NCBI GenBank assembly: GCA_039809385.1
Contig: JBDHUY010000005.1
Coordinates: 32,001-96,000 of the forward strand
Direction of reading: 5' to 3'
DNA: 64,000 bases
DNA from: Candidatus Altimarinota bacterium
GTDB lineage: Bacteria; Patescibacteriota; Gracilibacteria; JBDHUY01
In this document: in pieces, positions 9,161 to 18,929 of the stretch
Numbering within the stretch: position 1 is the stretch's first letter
Layout: each line of letters starts with the position of its first letter
Notes under the pieces: generated by a model
Seen by the model: only the letters and a program-made list of their open reading frames with translations
Told to the model about the DNA's origin: nothing
Database searches by the model: none
Translations under genes and position numbers: made by a program

Positions 9161-12100
9161 ATGAAATATATACTTTCCCGTCTTGGGAAAACAGTGCTGC
9201 TAAGTTCAGCGTTGTTTCTTCTGAGCGTGCTCTTTATCCAGGTAGCTGATGCGGCTTCCACTCTCACCAAAGATGGGAGCGGTAATTTTACCCTACAGGC
9301 CGATGATGGTGGTGCTAACGCCATTGTTGTCAATGTATCCGGCGCCAATACGCTTATTTTTGATTCCGATGATATCGATTTTAGTGCAGTTGTCGGAGAT
9401 TGTAGTCAACCTGGCGGGGCAGGTACGGATGTTGTCTGTACTACCAGCTCACTGAACTCCCTCACCGTAAATGCTGATCTTACAACGGCCTATTCCGATA
9501 CGCTAAGCGTGCATAATGTTACTGTTCCACTTCAGCTTAATGGATTAAATGGGGATGATACATTTAATATTCGGGGTAATAATGCGGCAGTAGGCGTTTC
9601 CGCCGGATCTGGGGTAGACAATATCTTTGTTGGAAATGCAATTAATCGGCTTGATGACATTAATGCCACTGTTAATTTGACCGGGGGGTCTCTGGACACC
9701 GTTACTTTCTATAATAATGGTAATAATACCGCCCAATCCTATACGGTAAATACGACCACCGGTGGTTCGGTCGTTTTGCCTAATGGTCAGTCAGTTACAT
9801 TTGGAAGCGTTCTAGGTGATATCTATCTCTATGGTAGTAGTGCAATTGATACGGTTAATGTGGTGGGCTCTTCCATGGCATTTTTCTATGATGGAACTTT
9901 GTCCCAGGACAGTGTTACTATTGGTACGGGCGGATCACTGGATACTATTCAAGGACAGGTTTCGCTTGATAATAACTCTGGACTCAACGATATCGTCGTG
10001 GACAATTCTGCTGACACCAATGCTATGGGGACGGTCACACTCAATGCAACTACTCTCAGTGGCATTGCTCCTGCCAATATCGTTTATGATCCTACAACGG
10101 TAAATAATTTTACCATCAATGGTGGAACCAGTGCTTCTGCCTATGACATCCAAGCTTCTTTTCAGCAGAATGCCGGTGTTCTGACAGTCAATGGTGGTGC
10201 TGCGCAGGATATATTCAGTATTGATAATGGCAGCACGATTAGCAGTACCAACTTTGGTCCCGGTGATATTACATTGAATGGCAACGGTTCTGCGATTGAC
10301 GCAATTAACTTTGATGACACCAGCGGTACGGGGCAAACTGTTACGTTTAACGCAACTCAAGCCTTCTTTTCAGGAATCGCCAATTTTAATGTTACGTATT
10401 CCAATATTGAAAATTATAGCGTCTTGCAGGGGGGCAACTCCGATACCCTGGAGGTAAATGACCTGGCCAGTGGAAAGTCGCTGACCGCTTCTCAGGGGGG
10501 TGGAGCAGATACACTGTTCTTTACCAATCTAGCCGGTTCTTTGGCTGCTAATGGTCAGGCCGGAAATGATACTCTGGCTGCCAGCACATATAGCGGGGGT
10601 ACCTTCACTGTCAATGATGAGGCTGGTGATGCGGTTGATTATTTTGTCAGCGGAACTCAGACCGGGAATGTCGGTTTGACAACTTCGACAGTTCAGGGTG
10701 CTGGAACACTTGGACTGAATGGTTCGATTATATTTGATATTGGCGATATACCAGCTGCTGCTAGTGATTTTGACCTCCTGGTTCCAGTAGCCAACGGAAC
10801 GATGGTTGGTACAGTAGACAAGCGTGGTGCTGGTTTGATGAAGATTACAGGGAACAATAGCTACACTGGAGGGACCATTATCAATCAAACAGGTACTCTG
10901 TATGCTGGTCTAAATAATAATGCTCTTTCTACTACAGGAACTGTTACGATCAACGATCCAGCAGTTTTGCAAATCGCTGACTCACTCACTATTCCTTCGG
11001 GCGTAAATTTTACGGTTAATAGTGCGACCAATCCTGCTATTGCTGCTGTATCCCCCGGAGCCACCAAGACTATCAGCGGAACTGTTACCTTAAATACCCC
11101 AACGGCGATTATTTCCGTTGATCCTAGTACGGAGCTAATTCTTACCGGTGTGTTGGCCGAAGCGGGCGGTTCCCGCAATTTGACTAAAAACGGTACAGGA
11201 ACTTTAACCTTTTCTACGGCAACCGGTAACACCTATACCGGAAATACTACGGTAAGCGTCGGTACTCTGAAGTTGGGGACTTCGAATGGAAATATTCCGA
11301 ATGGTGTTGGAAGCGGGACTGTGACGGTTGCCGATCTCACTACTTTCGATGTAAACGGCATGAGCGAAGTTGTCGGTAATATCGCCGGAGCCGGTAATAT
11401 TATGCTTGGCTCAGGACTGCTTTTCTTTGGAGACAATAATACCAGTCAGACATTTAGTGGAGTAATTAGTGAAAGCGGTACATTAACCAAACATGGTACG
11501 GGTGTTAACATACTGTCAGGTGTGAACACCTATACTGGTCAGACCAATGTTACTAATGGTGCTCTCAACACGACTAACGCCAGCTCTTTGGGAACCTCTG
11601 ATGGGAAAACGGTTATTGATTCCGGTGCAACTGTCTATTTTTCCACTAATGCTTTTACTACAGCAGAATCCTTTGACATAGCCGGTATTGGGAACGTTAG
11701 TAGCGGTGCTCTCAATTCCTTTAGCGGCGGCGTGCATACAGTAACTGGGAATATTACTCTGTTGGCCAATAGTCGAATACAGTCAAATAACGCTGCTCCT
11801 ATGGTGATTAATGGCGTGATCGATGATGGCGCCTCTACATTTAATCTTGAGTTGACTGCTGGAAGCAACTTGACGGATGTAATGACTCTCAATGGTAATA
11901 ATACCTATAATGGCACTACTACTATTTATGGAGGAAAGATTCTCTTTAATGGTAGTAATGCAACTGATGGAGTCGTACTGAATGGAAGTCCTGTTGTAGG
12001 AGGATCCGGTTCAATTGCCGGAACACTTACTCTCAATAATACTGCCGTTGTTGCTCCCGGCACTAGTCCTGGTGTTTTGACTGCAGGAAATACTACCTTT

Positions 12101-13528
12101 GCCTCCACAAGCAATCTCAATCTTGAGTTAAATGGCACCACAGTCGGAACACAGTACGACCAGCTCAACAGCACCGGAAGTGTCAATCTCAACAATGCGA
12201 CCCTCAATACGACTTTCGGTTTCAGTCCTGTTCCCGGTAACACCTTTACGATTGTTCAGGCTACGGGTGGTGTTAGTGGGATCTTTAATGGTATGCCCAA
12301 TGGTGCCGGTCTCAATATCGGCGGATTTAAGTTTACGATCACTTATACACCCACGGCAGTCATTCTAACCCGCCTATCTACCGGTTCTGGTAGCAGTGGC
12401 GGCGGCGGTGGAGGAGGAGGGGGTGGCTCGACCGCGTTCGATCCTTCCATTTCGGTCTTGCAGCCCAGTTCTCTTACCGGAACCAAAGACCGCAACCAGA
12501 AAATCGTTTGTCGCGCTACCGATTTGAATACCACGAATACCGGTCTCAAGCCAGAAACAGCCAAAATGTTGATTAACGGAATTGAAGTAAATGCCAATGT
12601 TTCCGTTACTGAGTATGTCGCCAATTCCAACGCCAACAACGGCAATGCCAACGGTAACGGCAACACGAATAGCAATAATGTCGCCAAAACGCTGGAAATA
12701 AGTTATATGCCTGGCAGTGCCAACCTCTATCCCGCCAACGGCACGGTCAACGCATCCTGCGAGGTTTACAATAAAAACAATCGCCAGGGTAAGAATGCTT
12801 TCCAGTTTACTACCAACGACCAGGTAGGTAGTGGAAATACTAACAGTTCCAATACCAACAGCGGCTCCGGTAGCTCCAATGGGAATATCAATAGAAATAC
12901 GAATAGCGCCAATGGGAATAATAACGGAGCGATTGGCGGTGGATTCTTCTTTAAAGATGTTGAAGGGCATTGGGCTGCGCTGTATATCGAAGAACTGAAA
13001 GAACGCTGCAATGTGTTGGGCTATCAGGACAGTGCTGGAAATCTGCTGAATCTGTTTAAACCCGATAATCTGATTACCCGCGGCGAGTTAGCTAAGATCG
13101 TGGCGCAATGCCGTTTCCGCCAACTGCCTTCGGTTACCGAAAAACCGTTTCCGGATGTTTCCGAAGAGCATTTTGCGGCTTCCGCCATTTTGCGACTGAA
13201 ACAATTCGGTGTGTTGCAAGGGTATCCTGACGGTACATTCCGTCCCGATGTTCCCGTCAACCGGGCAGAGGCATTAAAGATTGTGCTGCGTTCAGTATTC
13301 AACGACGAAGAACTAACCAGCAGTTTCATCTCTCCGTGTACCGACGTCGACCAGAATGCCTGGTATGCCCGTTTCTTCAATTTTGCGATGGAGAAGAAAT
13401 ATATCAGTGGCGATCTCACTCCCGAGGGAGATCCGCTGAACCGGTGTCGACCGGGCGGTAATACAACCCGCGCCGAAATGGCCAAGATGGCGGTCAATAT
13501 TATCGATCCAACCAAGAAGACCGAATAA
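9161..13528 (+). CDS. Secreted beta-helical adhesin-like protein with autotransporter-associated beta-strand repeats and C-terminal SLH domains
   Basis: Signal peptide; LTKNGTGTLTF...NTYTGNTTVSVGTL-type repeats; APGTSPGVLT...YDQL motif; SLH repeats (GYPDGTFRPDVPVNRAE); no beta-barrel. Confidence 0.85.
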   Translation: MKYILSRLGKTVLLSSALFLLSVLFIQVADAASTLTKDGSGNFTLQADDGGANAIVVNVSGANTLIFDSDDIDFSAVVGDCSQPGGAGTDVVCTTSSLNSLTVNADLTTAYSDTLSVHNVTVPLQLNGLNGDDTFNIRGNNAAVGVSAGSGVDNIFVGNAINRLDDINATVNLTGGSLDTVTFYNNGNNTAQSYTVNTTTGGSVVLPNGQSVTFGSVLGDIYLYGSSAIDTVNVVGSSMAFFYDGTLSQDSVTIGTGGSLDTIQGQVSLDNNSGLNDIVVDNSADTNAMGTVTLNATTLSGIAPANIVYDPTTVNNFTINGGTSASAYDIQASFQQNAGVLTVNGGAAQDIFSIDNGSTISSTNFGPGDITLNGNGSAIDAINFDDTSGTGQTVTFNATQAFFSGIANFNVTYSNIENYSVLQGGNSDTLEVNDLASGKSLTASQGGGADTLFFTNLAGSLAANGQAGNDTLAASTYSGGTFTVNDEAGDAVDYFVSGTQTGNVGLTTSTVQGAGTLGLNGSIIFDIGDIPAAASDFDLLVPVANGTMVGTVDKRGAGLMKITGNNSYTGGTIINQTGTLYAGLNNNALSTTGTVTINDPAVLQIADSLTIPSGVNFTVNSATNPAIAAVSPGATKTISGTVTLNTPTAIISVDPSTELILTGVLAEAGGSRNLTKNGTGTLTFSTATGNTYTGNTTVSVGTLKLGTSNGNIPNGVGSGTVTVADLTTFDVNGMSEVVGNIAGAGNIMLGSGLLFFGDNNTSQTFSGVISESGTLTKHGTGVNILSGVNTYTGQTNVTNGALNTTNASSLGTSDGKTVIDSGATVYFSTNAFTTAESFDIAGIGNVSSGALNSFSGGVHTVTGNITLLANSRIQSNNAAPMVINGVIDDGASTFNLELTAGSNLTDVMTLNGNNTYNGTTTIYGGKILFNGSNATDGVVLNGSPVVGGSGSIAGTLTLNNTAVVAPGTSPGVLTAGNTTFASTSNLNLELNGTTVGTQYDQLNSTGSVNLNNATLNTTFGFSPVPGNTFTIVQATGGVSGIFNGMPNGAGLNIGGFKFTITYTPTAVILTRLSTGSGSSGGGGGGGGGGSTAFDPSISVLQPSSLTGTKDRNQKIVCRATDLNTTNTGLKPETAKMLINGIEVNANVSVTEYVANSNANNGNANGNGNTNSNNVAKTLEISYMPGSANLYPANGTVNASCEVYNKNNRQGKNAFQFTTNDQVGSGNTNSSNTNSGSGSSNGNINRNTNSANGNNNGAIGGGFFFKDVEGHWAALYIEELKERCNVLGYQDSAGNLLNLFKPDNLITRGELAKIVAQCRFRQLPSVTEKPFPDVSEEHFAASAILRLKQFGVLQGYPDGTFRPDVPVNRAEALKIVLRSVFNDEELTSSFISPCTDVDQNAWYARFFNFAMEKKYISGDLTPEGDPLNRCRPGGNTTRAEMAKMAVNIIDPTKKTE

Positions 13529-13557
13529 TCTTGTTTCATTTCCACTTGGATTTTCAG

Positions 13558-13589
13558 AAAAGGGCCCCGGGAGAACCGGGCCCTTTTTT
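13558..13589 (+). terminator. Rho-independent terminator
   Basis: AAAAGGGCCCCGG-GAGAA-CCGGGCCCTTTTTT. Confidence 0.8.
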
Positions 13590-13668
13590 GTATATCCCGA
13601 TCTTGACCATTTTGCAGGGTTTTATACAATACAAGATGATTATTTCATGTACTTTATTACTGTTTTGT

Positions 13669-15531
13669 ATGAAACGGATTTTTGCCCCCTTGTTGGCAAC
13701 GTGTATCGCCCTGTTTTTTTTATTTTTGTTCTCTACATTCCAGGTTTCGGTGGGAGAAGCGGTAACCGATACAACTTCTCCGACATCCGCTGCCACTATT
13801 GCGCGGAACCGTTACGGTCCCGGCACCTTTAGCGCCACTACTTCGATTCAGGGAACCGCGACCGACAATAGTGCTATCAATAACGTGACCGCCTATATTC
13901 AGCGCCAATCCGACGACAAATATTTCAACGGTTCTTCCTGGGGAACATCTCCTATCTCGTTGACTACCAGTGTCAATAAGAGCGGCAGCGGAGCGACGTG
14001 GGTCTATAACGCCAATTCGCTGGTAAACCAGCTGGACGAAGGAATCACATATAAGGTTACGCCTCTGGCGGTCGATACCTCCAACAATTCAAAAGAAGGA
14101 ACCGACGATTCGTTTGTGTGGGACGAGACTTCACCCGACGTTACGATCAATAACCCACAAGACGGCGACACTGTAGGAACGAATTTCTCGCTTTCGGTAA
14201 CGTCTTCGGAATCCAGTACTTGTCAATACCGTCAGGATAACGGTAATTTTTCTACCCTTACTTCTTCGCTGCAAACCAGTCATACCAAAGCTTTTGTGCT
14301 GTCCAACGGAGACTACACATTGGAGGTTAAGTGTACCGACGAGGCCGGGAATGTCAGTGCCCTCGAAGAGACCAATTTTACCGTCAACCGTAACAGTAAT
14401 TCGTCCGGGAGTGGCAGCTCATCCAACAGTAACAAGAATAAAAATACTAATTCGTCTTCGGTGAGCGCCCCCGCTGTCTCGCTGTTGATTCCCGGTAATC
14501 TGAGCGGAAAAAAACCTCGCAACCAGACTATTGTCTGCCGTGCGATCGATACGAATACGAGCAATGCCGGTTTTGATCTTTCCAGGACCAAAATAACGAT
14601 CAATAACACGAATGTAAACGTCACTGTTACCAACATCAATCAGAACACGAACGCTAATCAAAACAATAACGCCAATACGAATACCAATAAAAACAAAAAC
14701 AGCAATACCAACAGTAGCAAGGGAAGCGAGAGAATCATCGATATCTCTTATACCCCTTCCGAATCAAGTTTGTTTGCCGCCGAATCCACGGTAGAAGGCG
14801 AGTGTGAAGTATGGAATAAAAACGGCAAAAAGGATACTGAGTCTTTCCGCTTCGACGTCGGTACGGAGATTGCCAGCCTCAATTCCAATACCAATGCGGG
14901 TACCAATACCAACGCGAATGTCTCCAACGCAAATACCAATGCTTCGTCCGGTACCTCTTTCTTTACCGACACCAAAGATCACTGGGCTAAAGATTATGCC
15001 GAGAAACTTCACAATGTGTGCGGTGTGGACGGTTTAAAGGACGAAACCGGCGCTTTGAAAATGCAATTTGCTCCCGATCAGCCCATCACTCGTGCAGAGC
15101 TCGTGGCGATGGTTCTGAGGTGCAAAAAAATTGATGTTTCAAGCTTGCCTGTTTCACTCAATCCTTTTTCAGACGTACCTTCCGTACACTGGGCGGTGCG
15201 GTATATTATTGAGGGAAATACTAGTGGTCTCATTGACGGATATAGCGACAAAACATTCCGCCCGGATCAACCAGTTCTCAGGGCCGAAAGTTGGAAGATC
15301 ATGCTGCTTGGATGGCTGGCACTGGCTGATATTCGCGGAGGGGAAAGTTCCTTTACCGATACGGTTGCCGGTGCGTGGTATATGAAGTTTCTGAATTTTT
15401 TGGTTTTAAACCAGATTCTATCGGGGTATACTAATCCCGACGGCACGCCTCAGCATAAAGTCGGACCGGAAAGGCCGATTACCCGGGCCGAAGTATCGAA
15501 AATTTTGTCGATTTTGATCGAAAAGTATTAG
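13669..15531 (+). CDS. Secreted SLH-domain protein with Ig-like (Big) domains and Asn-rich linkers
   Basis: Signal/TM segment; DETSPDVTINNP...VKCTDEAGN Ig domain; SLH repeats (GYSDKTFRPDQPVLRAE). Confidence 0.85.
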   Translation: MKRIFAPLLATCIALFFLFLFSTFQVSVGEAVTDTTSPTSAATIARNRYGPGTFSATTSIQGTATDNSAINNVTAYIQRQSDDKYFNGSSWGTSPISLTTSVNKSGSGATWVYNANSLVNQLDEGITYKVTPLAVDTSNNSKEGTDDSFVWDETSPDVTINNPQDGDTVGTNFSLSVTSSESSTCQYRQDNGNFSTLTSSLQTSHTKAFVLSNGDYTLEVKCTDEAGNVSALEETNFTVNRNSNSSGSGSSSNSNKNKNTNSSSVSAPAVSLLIPGNLSGKKPRNQTIVCRAIDTNTSNAGFDLSRTKITINNTNVNVTVTNINQNTNANQNNNANTNTNKNKNSNTNSSKGSERIIDISYTPSESSLFAAESTVEGECEVWNKNGKKDTESFRFDVGTEIASLNSNTNAGTNTNANVSNANTNASSGTSFFTDTKDHWAKDYAEKLHNVCGVDGLKDETGALKMQFAPDQPITRAELVAMVLRCKKIDVSSLPVSLNPFSDVPSVHWAVRYIIEGNTSGLIDGYSDKTFRPDQPVLRAESWKIMLLGWLALADIRGGESSFTDTVAGAWYMKFLNFLVLNQILSGYTNPDGTPQHKVGPERPITRAEVSKILSILIEKY

Positions 15532-15556
15532 GCGGAAGGCTGGGAAGAGAAATGTA

Positions 15557-16318
15557 TTGTTTGGCTTCTTTTCTTATTCCTTCATCCTTTATCCTATTGA
15601 TACTTCTCAGCAGAATTGGGATTTTTCCCATCTCTCCGCTGTGTTTATCAATTGTACGCTAAAGCCTTCTCCGCAACTGTCCCATACCCAGGGGTTGGTG
15701 GAAATTTCCAAGAGTATTATGGAAAAACACGGGGTCAAGGTTGAGGTAATTCGAGCAGTGGATCACGATATTCCGCCAGGGGTCTGGCCGGATATGACCG
15801 AACATGGATTTAGCAAGGACGACTGGCCCGGGATTTTCAAGAAGGTTATGGATGCCGATATCTTGATCCTTACTTCGCCGATCTGGCTGGGGGAGAAATC
15901 TTCGATCTGTACGCGAGTGATTGAGCGATTGTACGGCAATTCCGGACAACTCAATAAAGACGGCCAGTATGCCTATTACGGACGAGTAGGCGGATGCCTC
16001 ATCACCGGAAACGAGGACGGTATCAAGCATTGTTCGATGAATATTCTGTATTCTTTGCAGCATTTAGGCTTTGTCATACCGCCCCAGGCCGATGCGGGCT
16101 GGATCGGTGAAGCAGGTCCGGGCCCCTCGTACCTTGATCCCGGCTCAGGCGGACCGGAAAACGATTTCACCAACCGTAATACAACGTTTATGACGTGGAA
16201 CCTGATGCATCTGGCGCAGATGCTGAAAAAGAATGGGGGTATTCCAGCTTACGGCAATCAGCGTTCCAAATGGGATGCAGGGGCCCGGTTTGATTTTCCA
16301 AATCCGGAATATCGTTAA
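15557..16318 (+). CDS. Flavodoxin family protein / NADPH-dependent FMN reductase
   Basis: INCTLKPSP, ADILILTSPIWLG, ITGNEDGIKH motifs; start uncertain (see findings). Confidence 0.85.
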   Translation: MFGFFSYSFILYPIDTSQQNWDFSHLSAVFINCTLKPSPQLSHTQGLVEISKSIMEKHGVKVEVIRAVDHDIPPGVWPDMTEHGFSKDDWPGIFKKVMDADILILTSPIWLGEKSSICTRVIERLYGNSGQLNKDGQYAYYGRVGGCLITGNEDGIKHCSMNILYSLQHLGFVIPPQADAGWIGEAGPGPSYLDPGSGGPENDFTNRNTTFMTWNLMHLAQMLKKNGGIPAYGNQRSKWDAGARFDFPNPEYR

Positions 16319-16427
16319 GATCTAAGCCAAGTCGGTCTCTTTGTCGACCTTCCCGCAACGGTTGGAATTTTCAGAGGTCTCGATACAGACGTTGATCATC
16401 TTTATTTTTCCAATATCCGAATGAATT

Positions 16428-16790
16428 ATGCAATGGAAAAAGTCTCCGCCCGAGCTTATCTCTTTGTTTGAAGAGTTGGTTCCGCCCGATCCGGTGGTTG
16501 AAAAACGTAAAATGTTTGGGTATCCCTGCTGTTTCGTGAATGGGAATATGATGATGGGGCTGCATCAGGATAACCTTATTCTGCGTATGGGCGAAGCCGA
16601 CCGGCAGGAATTCCTAACGCACCAGGGCACTTCCCGTTTCGAACCGATGAAAGGGCATATTATGAAAGAATATGTGGCTGTTTCGGATAGTATGAAAAAT
16701 AGCCCGCAGATTCTTATGAACTGGGTGCAGCGGTCGCTAGACTATGTACGTGCTTTGCCGGTGAAGGTTAAGAAGAGCAGAAAACAATAA
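16428..16790 (+). CDS. TfoX/Sxy N-terminal domain protein
   Basis: KRKMFGYPCCFVNGNM and FEPMKGHIMKEYV motifs. Confidence 0.8.
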   Translation: MQWKKSPPELISLFEELVPPDPVVEKRKMFGYPCCFVNGNMMMGLHQDNLILRMGEADRQEFLTHQGTSRFEPMKGHIMKEYVAVSDSMKNSPQILMNWVQRSLDYVRALPVKVKKSRKQ

Positions 16791-16997
16791 AAAATGGTAA
16801 CGATTTGTGTGCTACTTTGACATGAACTAATTTTATTATGGACATACTGGACAGTCGCTGCTTTTATAATAGGTATGTCCTTGGGAACAGATGACTTTTC
16901 CGGGTGGTTTTTTCATTGTGGAATTACATGAGTGATAAACTTCCTTCAGCAAGACAAGTAGACAAAATTTGATGTATATATTTGCTAATATAATTTA

Positions 16998-17531
16998 TTA
17001 TACTAGTAAAGCGGCTATCTTTTGGGTAGTGGCGTAGTTGCGGATAGTCATGGCTTGATAGATCTTTTTGCCGGCCAGTTTGCTGAAAGAGCTTTTAGTC
17101 ACATTGCTCAATATAGTTGACATATAGATGACCCCGTTTCCGCCCTGAATAAAATCAATACCGTCTTTTGTATCGATTGTTTCCAGGATTCCCTTTGTCG
17201 TGCTCGGCTCTTTGATAAATGCTATGTAGCAGCGTAAATCGTCCCGAGTATTCCAAGTTACGGGCACGTCTCTGAGAACCCTTTGTACTTCCTCTGCAGA
17301 TCGAACCAATACGCGGGCTTCATAGGCGAATCTTTTTGATAGTGCTTGCTCGATCTTTTCTTCCAATTCTTGTGTTGAAATCTTAGCGAACTCGAAAATA
17401 ACATTGCCGCTCTGGATATATGTTGATACGTTCCGAAAACCGTTCTGTTCAAAGCAGAGCTTCAGGTCGGCCATTTTAATAATATTCTTTCCGCCGACGT
17501 TGATGCCTCTAAGGAGTCCGACAAATTTCAT
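16998..17531 (-). CDS. DUF1697 family protein
   Basis: LLRGINVGGKN...TYIQSGNVIF...TIRNY signature. Confidence 0.85.
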   Translation of the reverse strand: MKFVGLLRGINVGGKNIIKMADLKLCFEQNGFRNVSTYIQSGNVIFEFAKISTQELEEKIEQALSKRFAYEARVLVRSAEEVQRVLRDVPVTWNTRDDLRCYIAFIKEPSTTKGILETIDTKDGIDFIQGGNGVIYMSTILSNVTKSSFSKLAGKKIYQAMTIRNYATTQKIAALLV

Positions 17532-17552
17532 ATATATAATTTCATCTTAATT

Positions 17553-17855
17553 CTATCGGGAGGTGTCTTTTTCGTTAGCATCAAGCGTGGCGGCTTGTTC
17601 CTCTGTAAGTAGCATGGCGACAGCCCGACTAGGATCCAAAGTTCGCAGAATTTCTTTATCCTGATCACTATAATTCCCTTCTAGTAAAAGGACTTCCCTT
17701 TTTACAACCATGCTACAAAACCTACTTACCTGATCGTCGGGAAGTGTGAAGAGTAAATCGTGTTGTTTTCGTGTAATCAACGCTTGTTCCAGCCAATGAG
17801 CAAGAATTTTTTCCAATTGCTTTGTTCTTTCAGAAGTTTCAGATGGTTGGTTCAT
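17553..17855 (-). CDS. Hypothetical protein
   Basis: 100-aa ORF co-oriented between two real genes; no recognisable motif. Confidence 0.55.
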   Translation of the reverse strand: MNQPSETSERTKQLEKILAHWLEQALITRKQHDLLFTLPDDQVSRFCSMVVKREVLLLEGNYSDQDKEILRTLDPSRAVAMLLTEEQAATLDANEKDTSR

Positions 17856-17918
17856 TGAGATGCTACCAAGATAAATAAAATAGTCTACCTCCTTGGTATA
17901 AACTAGTTTGTGTAAAAA

Positions 17919-18758
17919 TCAAGCCGATGGTATTTTCTTTTGAGCCGCTTCCCACCCAATCATCGCGGTTTTGCGCGTACTGCCCCAGCGGTATTTTCCG
18001 ACGATTCCCATCGATCTGATCACGCGGTGGCAGGGGATAAGGAAACCTACCGGATTTTTGGCGATTGCTGTTCCTGCCGCTCTGCGATGTTCAGGTTTGC
18101 CTACCGTTGTGGCTATGTCGGTGTAGGATTGAAGCTGTCCTTCCGGAATTTGTAGCAACGCTTCCCAGATTTTGAGCTGAAACGGTGTGCCTTTCAAGTG
18201 GAGTGGAATAACGGCTTTATTCTCTAATTTGTTCTCAAAAAAACGCTTAACGTTGGTATGCAATGGCGTTTCTTGTTCTGTTAGTTTTGCTTGCGGCCAC
18301 TGAGCTTGGACCTCCCGAAGAGCTTTTTCCCGGCTCTCTTCATAAAAGAACAAATTGCAGACACCCTGAGAGGTAGAGGCTACCAAATAATCGCCAAAAC
18401 GCGAATTGCCAAAGCTATAACATATTTCTAAGTATTTGCCGCCGTTTTTATATTCCCCGGGAGTCATTCCTTCCAGTTTGACAAACAGATCGTGCAGACG
18501 TCCCGACCCCGAGAGGCCGGTCGTGTAGGCAGCTCCCAGGATCGAATTTTGCTTTTTCAGAAGCTCTTTGGCATGAGTCACATTAATATATTGTAGAAAC
18601 TGCTTAGGGCTGACCCCGGCCCATTCACTAAAAATACGCTGAAAATGGAATGGACTCATGTGCAAATGCTTGGCGATTTCGTCCAGACCGGGCTGATTTT
18701 TTCGATTTTCCTGAATATAGGCAAGCGCTTTAGCAATAGTACTGTAGTGATCCATCAT
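17919..18758 (-). CDS. ada: Ada-like bifunctional AraC-HTH / methylated-DNA--protein-cysteine methyltransferase
   Basis: SPFHFQRIFSEWAGVSPK HTH; GTPFQLKIWEAL; active-site IPCHRV; start moved to MMDHY. Confidence 0.9.
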   Translation of the reverse strand: MMDHYSTIAKALAYIQENRKNQPGLDEIAKHLHMSPFHFQRIFSEWAGVSPKQFLQYINVTHAKELLKKQNSILGAAYTTGLSGSGRLHDLFVKLEGMTPGEYKNGGKYLEICYSFGNSRFGDYLVASTSQGVCNLFFYEESREKALREVQAQWPQAKLTEQETPLHTNVKRFFENKLENKAVIPLHLKGTPFQLKIWEALLQIPEGQLQSYTDIATTVGKPEHRRAAGTAIAKNPVGFLIPCHRVIRSMGIVGKYRWGSTRKTAMIGWEAAQKKIPSA

Positions 18759-18929
18759 TTTTAGCTGAAAATTAAAAGACCGCGTATACCATACCGTATC
18801 CGCTTGTCTCTGAAAACCCATTTCTTGCGGAAAAGACAGGAAAGATTCTGGCTTATTATTCGGCTTTTTTTGTCTCACTATGGAAAGATCCTAGAAACGT
18901 GGTAGATTCAAAACATCCTATAAACGATC

